Assembly (NCBI GenBank): GCA_963793425.1
Contig: CAWCAG010000005.1
Coordinates: forward strand, 1,568,001 to 1,632,000
DNA: 64,000 nt
Direction: 5' to 3'
From: an uncultured cyanobacterium
GTDB lineage: Bacteria > Cyanobacteriota > Cyanobacteriia > Cyanobacteriales > CAWCAG01
Every line of letters starts with the position of its first letter. Position 1 is the first letter of the stretch. Positions 55,736 through 64,000 of this stretch are shown here, piece after piece. A model generated the notes under the pieces. It was given only the letters and a program-made list of their open reading frames with translations, did no database searches and was not told the origin of the DNA. Position numbers and translations under genes: made by a program.

Positions 55736-57133
55736 ATGACTCAGCCCGACAAGTTCAACAATATTGCTGCCAAGATTAGTCAGTGTTTAGCTCCCCACAA
55801 AATAACTTCAACAATGAGAATGCAAGATGGTTGCCTACAAATTGTTGTTGAAGCCAAACGAGTTCCTGATCAAGAGATAGTCATTTCTTCAATCCAAACA
55901 AAGTTGTTAGAACTCAATACCGATTCTTTACAAAAGATTGAGCTATACGGACTAAAAAAAGGAGATAAAATTCCTAGCTGGTATCAAGAGTTATCTCTCC
56001 AAAGTCCCTCTAATCTTGTGATACAAACTGAACCAGAACAACAATTTTCCTTGTTTAACTCCGTATTGGGAACTGTAGGGGAAACTGCTGAGCGAGCGAA
56101 AATGGCAGTGAAAGGAGGTGTAACGGGAGCAGCAGAAGTAGTGGCGGGTACAGCCACAGGAATGAGGAATGTGCTGGGTGGGGCAGCAGTCCAAGCAACT
56201 AAGGGCATGGGCTATGTGATTGATTTAGTCTCTAGTAATGCTCTGTTTGCTAAATTAACCAAAACTTTACCTGTAGATTGGTTAATTATTATTGATCGAG
56301 TTGATGTTAATAAAGCTGAAGCTGAAGTAAAGAAACTCCTCAAAAAGTATCCCCAAGATTCGCCGAGAGAAATTGCCCATCGTTTGATGGTGGAAAAGAG
56401 TATTTTGGTCGCCGGGACAGGAGTTGCTAGTAGTTTAGTCCCTGGAGCGGCTACAGCTATGTTTGCCCTAGATTTAGCCACAACCTTACTCTTACAAGCT
56501 GAGTTGGTTTATCAAATTGCCTGTGCCTATGGCTTAGATTTAGAAGAAGATGCCAGGAAAGCAGAAGTACTAGCTATTTTTGGTATCGGTTTAGGAGGAG
56601 GGCAAGCTTTAAAAGTGGGGGCTACATATGCTGCGAAAGCTAGTCAAGGTTTTTTACGCAATATACCCATCGCCGGGCCAGTTATTGGGGGCAGTAGTAA
56701 TGCAGTTATGCTCTATTCTTTAGGCTATGCGGCTTGTAGTTTTTATGAAGCCAAAGTCAATCCTTTGAATTCTGAAGCAGCTTTAGCCGCCTCCCAAGCT
56801 GAGGGGCAAAAATATTTAGAAGCGGCGATCGCTCAAGAAGTGATTATGGATCAAGTATTAGCTCATGTCGTTGCTGCAGCCCACCCAGACAAAAGTTGGG
56901 AAGAGATTCTACCGCAACTAGAAACCTTAAACTTAAGTCGTAAATCCTTAGAGGCGATCGCTGATAATATTGATTCGCCAGAGCCACTAGAAGCCTTGTT
57001 AGAGCAAGTTAACAGCGATTTTGCTGCACCTCTTTTAGCTCAATGTTACAAAATTGCTCAACTAGAAGCAGAAATAACTCCCCAAGAAAGCGAAATATTA
57101 GAGAAGATTAATCAAAAGTTGAATGATGGCTAG
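55736..57133 (+). CDS. EcsC-like domain protein
   Basis: YPQDSPREIAHRL, DLATTLLLQAELVYQIACAYGLDL, NIPIAGPVIG. Confidence 0.7.
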   Translation: MTQPDKFNNIAAKISQCLAPHKITSTMRMQDGCLQIVVEAKRVPDQEIVISSIQTKLLELNTDSLQKIELYGLKKGDKIPSWYQELSLQSPSNLVIQTEPEQQFSLFNSVLGTVGETAERAKMAVKGGVTGAAEVVAGTATGMRNVLGGAAVQATKGMGYVIDLVSSNALFAKLTKTLPVDWLIIIDRVDVNKAEAEVKKLLKKYPQDSPREIAHRLMVEKSILVAGTGVASSLVPGAATAMFALDLATTLLLQAELVYQIACAYGLDLEEDARKAEVLAIFGIGLGGGQALKVGATYAAKASQGFLRNIPIAGPVIGGSSNAVMLYSLGYAACSFYEAKVNPLNSEAALAASQAEGQKYLEAAIAQEVIMDQVLAHVVAAAHPDKSWEEILPQLETLNLSRKSLEAIADNIDSPEPLEALLEQVNSDFAAPLLAQCYKIAQLEAEITPQESEILEKINQKLNDG

Positions 57134-57268
57134 TTGAATGATGGCTAATGGCTAATGGCTAGTGGCTAGTGGCTAGTTGCTAATAGTTTTCTCCCTAGTT
57201 CCCTAGCTCCCCAGCTCCCTAGTTCCCTAGCTCCCTAGTTCCCTAGCTCCCTAGTTCCCTAGCTCCCT
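57129..57268. repeat. Composite STRR block: (GCTAATG/GCTAGTG)n then (CTCCCTAG/TTCCCTAG)n
   Basis: Directly visible; a similar two-part block lies at 62195-62272. Confidence 0.9.
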
Positions 57269-57278
57269 ATTCTGAAAT

Positions 57279-58304
57279 ATGTCCCGTTCCAAAGCTCTAC
57301 AATACTACGTCCTAACCCGCCTTTTCCTTGCCCCTTTGATGTTATTAACCATTACCACCTTGGTTTTTCTGCTATTGAGGGCAACTCCAGGAGATCCTGC
57401 TGATGCTATTTTAGGCGCACGCGCTCCGGAATCGGCTAAGGTGGCTTTGAGGGAAGATTTAGGACTGAATAATCCTCTTTGGTTGCAATATCTTAACTAC
57501 CTTAAGCAATTGCTCAGCTTAGATTTAGGCTCTTCTTTAACCAGTAGAGGTCAGTCAGTCTGGGAAACTATTCTACAGTATTTTCCTGCTACTGTAGAAT
57601 TATCCTTTTTTGGTATGGCGATCGCCGTGCTTGTCGGTGTAAGTGTAGGGATGCTTTCTGCTTCTCGACCAGGTACTATTTTTGATGTTGGAGGTCGTTT
57701 ATTTGGCATCATCACCTATTCTTTACCTTTATTTTGGGTAGGGATGATTGTACAGTTAATTTTCTCTGTGCAGTTAGGTTGGTTTCCTTTAGGAACCCGC
57801 TTTCCTGTGAGTAGTCTGCCGCCGGAAACTATTACGGGGTTATACACCGTTGATAGCATTTTAAGGGGAAATATCAGCCAATTATTAATAGCCCTCCACT
57901 ACCTCGCCTTACCTTGTATATCTTTAGGTGTTCTTCTTAGTGGCATATTTGAGCGCATTGTTAGGGTTAATCTTAAACAAACCCTACAAGCCGATTATGT
58001 TGAAGCAGCGAGGGCAAGGGGTATTTCTGAAAAGGCAATACTCTTTAACCACGCCCTGAAGAATGCTCTTATTCCTGTAATTACGGTATTGGGCTTAACT
58101 TTTGCTGCTTTGTTAGGAGGGGCTGTTTTGACAGAAGTTACTTTTTCTTGGCCTGGTTTAGGTAATCGTCTTTACGAAGCGATCTCCTTGCGGGATTATC
58201 CGACTGTACAAGGAATTATGGTCTTTTTCGGTGGCATTGTTGTAGTTGCTAGTATTTTAATCGATATTGTTAATGCCTATATTGATCCACGTATTCGTTA
58301 TTAG
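57279..58304 (+). CDS. Peptide/nickel ABC transporter permease (DppB-like)
   Basis: PGDPA, LDLGSS, FPATVEL, YVEAARARG (EAA loop), RDYPTVQG, DPRIRY. Confidence 0.93.
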   Translation: MSRSKALQYYVLTRLFLAPLMLLTITTLVFLLLRATPGDPADAILGARAPESAKVALREDLGLNNPLWLQYLNYLKQLLSLDLGSSLTSRGQSVWETILQYFPATVELSFFGMAIAVLVGVSVGMLSASRPGTIFDVGGRLFGIITYSLPLFWVGMIVQLIFSVQLGWFPLGTRFPVSSLPPETITGLYTVDSILRGNISQLLIALHYLALPCISLGVLLSGIFERIVRVNLKQTLQADYVEAARARGISEKAILFNHALKNALIPVITVLGLTFAALLGGAVLTEVTFSWPGLGNRLYEAISLRDYPTVQGIMVFFGGIVVVASILIDIVNAYIDPRIRY

Positions 58305-58398
58305 TAAAAAAGGAAGTGAAGCTAAGTAATAAGTGATAAGTCATAAGTAATAAGTTTTGATGTAAAGATAATTACTTCAGTTTGTCAGGGTTAAGTCT

Positions 58399-58998
58399 AT
58401 GCTAGTGTTAAATATTAAAAATGTTAAACGTTGTTTATTAAGTCATAAGACAGCGGGCGAGAGAAAGATAGTTAAGGGTATAGCTTATCAAAAAAAGCTA
58501 TACGTTAAGGGAGAATCGTACCCTCTGGATCGTGGTAAAGATGCTCTTCAACGCAGCCGAGAGATTTATTTACAAAACAAAGGCAAAGTAGAGTGTTTGG
58601 TAGTAGAAGGGAAAAAAGGTTTTACTCTTTGGTATCAAAATGATTATGCCAAAGTAGTTAAAAAGTCCAAAACCACTGATGTGGTTTCCAAGATTGATCT
58701 AAGAAAATTAGTGACTAAGATGCGGGATATTGACGGCATATCTATTCAAGATCGCCGTCACAAGCTTAAGGTTTATGACCGCTGTTTCATTGGTAGTGAA
58801 GCGATAGCTTGGTTTAGGAGAAAGTTAAAACTTTCCTCAGAACAAGCAATTAAGTTGGGGCAAAGATTAATGGATGAAGATTGGATTCATCACGTATTAG
58901 ATGAGCAAAATTTTGCTGATGATGATTATTTTTACCGTTTTTATTGGGATGAAACCCCAATAAATAGTGAGGAGCAGTCTGTTACTGGAAAGCTGTAA
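58399..58998 (+). CDS. DEP-domain protein
   Basis: IQDRRHKLKVYDRCFIGSEAIAW...AIKLGQRL...IHHVLDE..F.DD..FYRF. Confidence 0.85.
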   Translation: MLVLNIKNVKRCLLSHKTAGERKIVKGIAYQKKLYVKGESYPLDRGKDALQRSREIYLQNKGKVECLVVEGKKGFTLWYQNDYAKVVKKSKTTDVVSKIDLRKLVTKMRDIDGISIQDRRHKLKVYDRCFIGSEAIAWFRRKLKLSSEQAIKLGQRLMDEDWIHHVLDEQNFADDDYFYRFYWDETPINSEEQSVTGKL

Positions 58999-59260
58999 TC
59001 ATTGATTAGTAAAACTGCAAGTTACCCTGCTTGCCACTGCCTATCTGCCTCAATCAATAACGAAACAGCACCATATCTGGGGTGAGGGGTGATACCCCCT
59101 GGATAAAAAAGAATTAAGAAGATAGTATGTCTAATACGCTAGACATTACTAGTCAACTCTGGTTAAGGACATTATCTTAAGAAGTCAGCTCTTGCTAAAA
59201 ATAGTAGACTTTTGCTTTTTAAAATATGTTCCATTCCATATCTAGCAATTTCAGGGCAAG

Positions 59261-59315
59261 AAAAGAGGGTTATTAAACAACCTCTTAATCAGCTTAATTC
59301 AGATTGCATCTACCC
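59261..59315 (-). ncRNA. Putative sRNA unit 3 (NsiR1-like)
   Basis: TATATT-N7-GTAGATGCAATCTGA...AAGAGG stem CCTCTTTT. Confidence 0.55.
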
Positions 59316-59416
59316 AGAGAAATATAGCATCTTAAACAAAAAGGGTCTACCCCCGTAAAATCTATTTTCTAAAATTGACATGGATTACTTTACTAAACTT
59401 AACCTAGCCTCAAGGC

Positions 59417-59470
59417 AAAAAAAGGAAAGCTGTAAAAGTAAATCTCTCAGTTGTTAAGGTGAATCTACTA
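59417..59470 (-). ncRNA. Putative sRNA unit 2 (degenerate, NsiR1-like)
   Basis: TGCAAT-N7-GTAGATTCACCTTAA...imperfect GAGAG/CTTTC stem, then T7. Confidence 0.4.
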
Positions 59471-59585
59471 ACTAAATTGCAATAAGACAATTTGAAATCA
59501 GGGTCTTTAGCTCTTTCCTACCTTGGGTTTAGGGCATTAGCTACAAGAAAATGGGTCAAATAGTCCTTCATTTTATCTCATAAAG

Positions 59586-59639
59586 AAAAAGAGAGCCGTA
59601 AATTAGTGGCTCTCCCAAATCATCAGGGTGCATCTACTT
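59586..59639 (-). ncRNA. Putative sRNA unit 1 (NsiR1-like)
   Basis: TATAAT-N7-GTAGATGCACCCTGATGATTTGG-GAGAGCC...GGCTCTC-TTTTT. Confidence 0.65.
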
Positions 59640-59691
59640 ATCACATTATAACTATTTCAAAAAGGGGGGCGTAACCCCTTTTTTTTGGAAG

Positions 59692-61179
59692 TTACCCTTG
59701 CAGTTTTTTGCCTAGTAACTGATTAGTCAACTTCGGATCGGCTCTACCGCTAGTTTTCTTCATCACTTGACCTACAAAAAAGCCACGGATTTTTGTTTTA
59801 CCGCTGCGAAACTGCTCTACTTTGTCAGCATTGGCTCCTAAGATTTCATCAATAATTTTTTCGATTTCCGCTGTATCGGAGATTTGTACCAGTCCCTTCT
59901 TCTCAACTAACTCTTGGGCTGAACCACCTTTAACTAATAGTTCAGGTAGAATTTCCTTAGCGATTTTACCGCTAATAGTACCTTTTTCAATCAAACCAAT
60001 CAACTCAGCTAAGCTCTCAGAAGTGAGAGCAATTTCAGTGATATTTAACTTATTATTATTCAAATAAGCAGCAACATCTCCCATCACCCAGTTAGCAGCT
60101 TGTTTAGGATTAGCACCATTTTGCACTACAGTCTCAAAATACTCAGCTATAGTGCGGTCGTCGGTTAAAACCCTAGCATCATAAGCAGAAAGCCCCAAAC
60201 TATTTTCATAATCATGGCGTTTTTTGGCTGGGAGTTCTGGTAATTCAGCTTCCCACTGGGCTAATTGGGTTTGAGAAACTTCAATAGGAGGTAAATCCGG
60301 TTCGGGGAAATAGCGATAATCACTAGAACCTTCCTTAATTCGCATACTTACAGTACACTGGTTACCTTCTTGCCAAAGGCGAGTTTCTTGGAGGATGATT
60401 TCTCCTGTTTCCAATGCTTTGATTTGTCGTTCAATTTCGTAATCAATGGCTTTTTGAATAGCACTAAAGGAATTCATATTCTTGATTTCTACTTTAGTAC
60501 CAAACTCTTTCTGCCCTACAGGACGAACAGAAACATTGACATCACAACGCAAAGAGCCTTCCTGCATATTACCATCGCCAATGCCCAAATAGCGAACAAT
60601 ACGACGCAATTCCTGTCCATACTCTGCGGCTTCTTGTCCCGAACGAATATCCGGTTCAGAAACAATTTCTAATAAGGGAATCCCAGCCCGGTTAAAATCA
60701 ACTAAAGAACAGGTAGAACCAGATAGGCGATCGCTACCAACATGGACTAGTTTACCTGCATCTTCTTCCATATGCAGACGAGTAATGCCAATCTTTTTCT
60801 TGATTGGTTCCTCTCCTTGTTGATCTACTAATTCAATGTCTAGCCAACCATGTTCAGCAATAGGCAAGTCGTACTGAGAAATTTGATAGTTTTTCGGTAA
60901 GTCGGGATAAAAATATTGCTTACGGTCAAATTTGCTATAAGGGGCAATTTGACAATTGAGGGCTAAGCCGGCTTTAACCGCGTACTCTAGCACCTTTTCG
61001 TTTAAAACAGGTAAGACCCCAGGATAACCAAGGCAAATAGGAGAAATATTCGAGTTGGGGGGCTTGCCAAATTCTGTGGATTCGCGACTGAAAATTTTAG
61101 TTTTAGTATTAAGCTGACAGTGGGTTTCTAAACCAATTATCGCTTCGTACTTAGTTTTGGTTGCTGTAGCGCTGGTCAT
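59692..61179 (-). CDS. gatB: Asp/Glu-tRNA amidotransferase subunit B
   Basis: [51 protein letters not shown]. Confidence 0.99.
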   Translation of the reverse strand: MTSATATKTKYEAIIGLETHCQLNTKTKIFSRESTEFGKPPNSNISPICLGYPGVLPVLNEKVLEYAVKAGLALNCQIAPYSKFDRKQYFYPDLPKNYQISQYDLPIAEHGWLDIELVDQQGEEPIKKKIGITRLHMEEDAGKLVHVGSDRLSGSTCSLVDFNRAGIPLLEIVSEPDIRSGQEAAEYGQELRRIVRYLGIGDGNMQEGSLRCDVNVSVRPVGQKEFGTKVEIKNMNSFSAIQKAIDYEIERQIKALETGEIILQETRLWQEGNQCTVSMRIKEGSSDYRYFPEPDLPPIEVSQTQLAQWEAELPELPAKKRHDYENSLGLSAYDARVLTDDRTIAEYFETVVQNGANPKQAANWVMGDVAAYLNNNKLNITEIALTSESLAELIGLIEKGTISGKIAKEILPELLVKGGSAQELVEKKGLVQISDTAEIEKIIDEILGANADKVEQFRSGKTKIRGFFVGQVMKKTSGRADPKLTNQLLGKKLQG

Positions 61180-61267
61180 AGATTTAGTTCCGGGCCGTAA
61201 ATCTTTTTTTTCTGAATTATCAATACTATTTTATCTTCACATTACTCAAAACCAATCAATCAGAAAT

Positions 61268-61317
61268 AGCAAAAAACCCTACACTAATTATCAAGTGCAG
61301 GGTTTTTGCTTTTTTTA
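61268..61317 (-). terminator. Intrinsic terminator after tRNA-Met
   Basis: GCAAAAAACCCT..CACT / AGTG..AGGGTTTTTGC inverted repeat. Confidence 0.7.
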
Positions 61318-61319
61318 TT

Positions 61320-61396
<77 letters not shown>

Positions 61397-61447
61397 TCGC
61401 CTTAACTAGTATAGACGCAAAGTGTTCTACTTGACAACTTTTATTTT

Positions 61448-62191
61448 TCAGCCATGATCATACAAATCCTCAACTTGCCTGTCAGTAAGCTTTTGCGCTG
61501 GAGTATCAAATAAAATACCTCCAGCTTTTAAACCAATAATACGTTGATAGTGGCTGCGGGCGAACTCAATATTGTGGAGACTCGTAATTAGGGTTTTGTT
61601 CATTTCGGCACTGAGATGGCGTAACAAGTCCATAATTTCTTGCGATCGCTGTTGATCTAAACTAGAAATTGGTTCGTCAGCTAAAATAACGGCGGGATTC
61701 TGCACTAAAATACGCGCGATCGCCACTCTTTGTTGCTGCCCCCCCGAAAGGCTATCAGTACGTTGGTGAATTTTCTCTGGTATGCCCACTTTTGTTAAAG
61801 CTTGGGTAGCTGTTTTTAGTTCCAGAGGATAAATTAAGGATAAAGCAGCTTTGAAGAAAGACCAATGCCCTAAATGCCCTGCATTAACGTTATGAATAAC
61901 CCGCAGATTATCTACTAAATGAAACTGTTGGTAAATAGTACCAATTTGTCTTTGAATGCGCCGTCTTTGTCTAATCTTTAAGCGGTTAAAATTACTTCCA
62001 AAAGCCCAAATTTCTCCTTGAGTTGGTTGCAAGGTTCCATTTAATAAAGCAATTAAAGTACTTTTGCCAGCCCCAGAAGCCCCCACCAAAGCAACTCTTT
62101 CCCCTGCTTGAATTTGGAGATTAATCTCTGTTAAACAAGGGAAACGATTGAATTTCTGAGTAACATTTTTTAGTTCAAAAATAGGGGACAA
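61448..62191 (-). CDS. Phosphonate-type ABC transporter ATP-binding protein (PhnC-like)
   Basis: GASGAGKST, YQQFHLV, NVNAGHLG, LSGGQQQR, ADEPISSLD, SLH. Confidence 0.88.
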   Translation of the reverse strand: MSPIFELKNVTQKFNRFPCLTEINLQIQAGERVALVGASGAGKSTLIALLNGTLQPTQGEIWAFGSNFNRLKIRQRRRIQRQIGTIYQQFHLVDNLRVIHNVNAGHLGHWSFFKAALSLIYPLELKTATQALTKVGIPEKIHQRTDSLSGGQQQRVAIARILVQNPAVILADEPISSLDQQRSQEIMDLLRHLSAEMNKTLITSLHNIEFARSHYQRIIGLKAGGILFDTPAQKLTDRQVEDLYDHG

Positions 62192-62194
62192 TTG

Positions 62195-62272
62195 GTAATG
62201 GCTAATGGCTAGTTGCTAGTTGCTAATTATTATATCTCCCCATCTCCCCAGCTCCCCAGCTCCCTAGCTCCC
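62195..62272. repeat. Composite STRR block (GCTAATG/GCTAGTT, then CTCCCCAG)
   Basis: Directly visible between the ABC genes. Confidence 0.8.
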
Positions 62273-62293
62273 CGTCCGTCCCTCCATTGGCTG

Positions 62294-63199
62294 CTATTTT
62301 ATTTTGCCAATTTCTCTTCCTACTTGTTCAATATTTTTGTAGTTAGCGTTGTTTGTTGTAATAAACTTCCCTGCACTGAAAAGGTCGAGAATTTCTTTTT
62401 CTTCTGGCACATTAGGATCTAAATCCAGGAAAGCTGCTTGTACTTTTTGGCTAAAATCTTCCCCGTATTCTTCTTCAACTTCAGGATTAATTACCCAATG
62501 ATAATCATAATAAGCGGGGGTACGCCAAATAACCTTAACTTTACTGGTATCTACTTCCCCAGCTTCAACTCGATCTTCCCATACTTGTTCATTAACTGCA
62601 CCAACTTGATAAGTGCCAGCTTCTACCAATTTAATAGTTTTGTCGTGATCTCCGGAAAAACCAACTTCTCCCTTAAAATCTTCTAACTTTACACTTGCTT
62701 GCTTAAGAAAATATTGTGGCATTAAACGCCCAGAAGTGGAAGACTCACTACCAAAAGTAAAAGTTTTATTCTTCAACTTTGATAGTTCAGAAATATCTTC
62801 AAACTTCTCTACGTTTGCTTCAGTGTTAGCAATAAAAAGACTATGAAATTCTTCATCAACATCCCGTTGTGCGATCGCCTTTGCCCCAGGTACTTGCAAT
62901 CTGGATTGAACCCCTGTCAACCCCCCAAACCAGACTAAATCTAAATCTCCTACTTTAAAAGCAGTTACCGCTGCTGTATAGTCAGTGACAGGTTTATATT
63001 CTACTGGTACATCTAGTTTTGCTTCTAAATATTCAGCTAGTTTATTATACTGACGCTGCAATTTATCTGGATCTTGATCTGGTATTCCTCCTACTACTAA
63101 AGGTTGAATTTCTCCTTCCGTTGAATTGTTAGAGGAACAAGCACTTAAGGGCAAAATTAGCAGCAACGCACTGATGATAAAAGCTTTTTTCATTACCAT
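62294..63199 (-). CDS. PhnD-family substrate-binding lipoprotein (putative selenate/phosphonate subfamily)
   Basis: Lipobox LSAC, IPDQDP, VWFGGLTGVQ, GSESSTSGRLMP, YYDYHW. Confidence 0.88.
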   Translation of the reverse strand: MVMKKAFIISALLLILPLSACSSNNSTEGEIQPLVVGGIPDQDPDKLQRQYNKLAEYLEAKLDVPVEYKPVTDYTAAVTAFKVGDLDLVWFGGLTGVQSRLQVPGAKAIAQRDVDEEFHSLFIANTEANVEKFEDISELSKLKNKTFTFGSESSTSGRLMPQYFLKQASVKLEDFKGEVGFSGDHDKTIKLVEAGTYQVGAVNEQVWEDRVEAGEVDTSKVKVIWRTPAYYDYHWVINPEVEEEYGEDFSQKVQAAFLDLDPNVPEEKEILDLFSAGKFITTNNANYKNIEQVGREIGKIK

Positions 63200-63309
63200 T
63201 TAATATCTATTTTTTACCAAATAAAAGAAGTTGCCATATATTATGGGTACAACAATAGTTGTTTTGTCAAATACAATTTTTCATACCTTATTGTTTTCCA
63301 TAAAAGTTT

Positions 63310-63747
63310 ATGAAGCGAATATCCCACCAGATCATTATTTTTCTAATTGCCTGGGGCTGTATCATGTCTCTCTCGTTTCTGCCAGGGAAGTCAGCTTCAA
63401 CAATACCGATGTTAGAGTTTCAACCTCCAGAAAAGGTAAACATTGCCCAGCAAATTGATTTTAAACGGCATTTTCAAGAATTAGAGATTGATGGTATAGA
63501 TCACCAAATAGATCCCGGCGATCGCTGTGATAACAACAGCTACACAAATCCTTTACCCCCAGACAAACTTCGCCGCCTTCCTGCTAATTTATTAGATGCT
63601 TTGCGCTGTTTAGAAACCAACCCAGTCTTTGCCAAAGCTTTTGGTAAACCTTTCATCGCTTCCTATTTGAAGTTAAAACAACAACAATGGCACGATTACA
63701 GTAATCAAATTACTCAGTGGGAGTTAAATAATACCCTTGATTGCTAA
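63310..63747 (+). pseudogene. In-frame chimera: class D beta-lactamase-like N-terminus plus GlnT-type glutamine synthetase C-terminus
   Basis: Signal peptide plus IAQQIDFKRHFQELEIDG, then IDHQIDPG...LPANLLDALRCLE...YLKLKQQQW...ITQWELNNTLDC. Confidence 0.7.
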
Positions 63748-63891
63748 TAAAATACTTAAGGCAACTTTATGGTTTTTATATATGTCAATAAGAACTAAAC
63801 ATTTCTCCCATTAAAAATTACTGGAGGAAATTAATACTACTTGCAAAATGGAAATATTGAAGTATAATTTCAACCAACCTATGATTGTTCA

Positions 63892-64000
63892 GTGAAGATG
63901 CTCAGTACCGAACAAGAAGAAAAACTTACCCAAATCGGCGCTCATCTTCGACAAAGAAGACTTGAGCTAGATGTTCCCTTAGAAGATATAGCCAATCACA
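63892..64000 (+). CDS. RodZ-like HTH protein, 5' part (runs off the window)
   Basis: (V)KMLSTEQEEKLTQIGAHLRQRRLELDVPLEDIANH. Confidence 0.7.
   Translation, partial: MKMLSTEQEEKLTQIGAHLRQRRLELDVPLEDIANH

Noticed and set aside
58999..59160. Fourth sRNA unit next to the 59086 box (hairpins near 59017-59034 and 59124-59150)
   Set aside because: No GTAGATGCA motif or correctly spaced -10; the first hairpin is adequately explained as the DEP gene terminator
59261..59677. CRISPR mini-array interpretation of the repeated GTAGAT motif
   Set aside because: The shared stretch is only about 9-15 nt, the period is 155-169 nt, each unit has its own promoter and terminator, and no cas genes are present

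Overview
Chromosomal window from a cyanobacterium: abundant HIP1 octamers (GCGATCGC), heptamer STRR repeats, apcE, hli and hps genes. It is mostly housekeeping: hpsN-hpsO glycosyltransferases, the atp1-to-gamma ATP synthase operon, a stand-alone apcE, tmRNA, proB, mobA, tpiA, a single-domain sucrose-phosphate synthase, tRNA-Ser(GCT), sipA, thrS, gatB, initiator tRNA-Met and assorted ABC, envelope and signalling genes. I saw no intact IS, prophage or CRISPR array. Signals the ORF track does not show: (1) a tandem array of three ~55-nt paralogous sRNA-like units at 59.26-59.64 kb, each with a -10, a GTAGAT(G/T)CA 5' motif and a terminator; they resemble NsiR1, two carry a HetR-type GGG-N5-CCC box at identical spacing, and a near-identical box recurs at 38.5 kb; (2) a recurring 'ends-only' scar in about six accessory genes, where the 5' end is joined directly to a 3' end, including an in-frame class D beta-lactamase/GlnT chimera; (3) four phased 10-bp repeats between an HTH-NACHT gene and a divergent small ORF; (4) two real-looking 59-aa proteins missed by the ORF track. 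All family assignments come from recalled motifs, not database searches.
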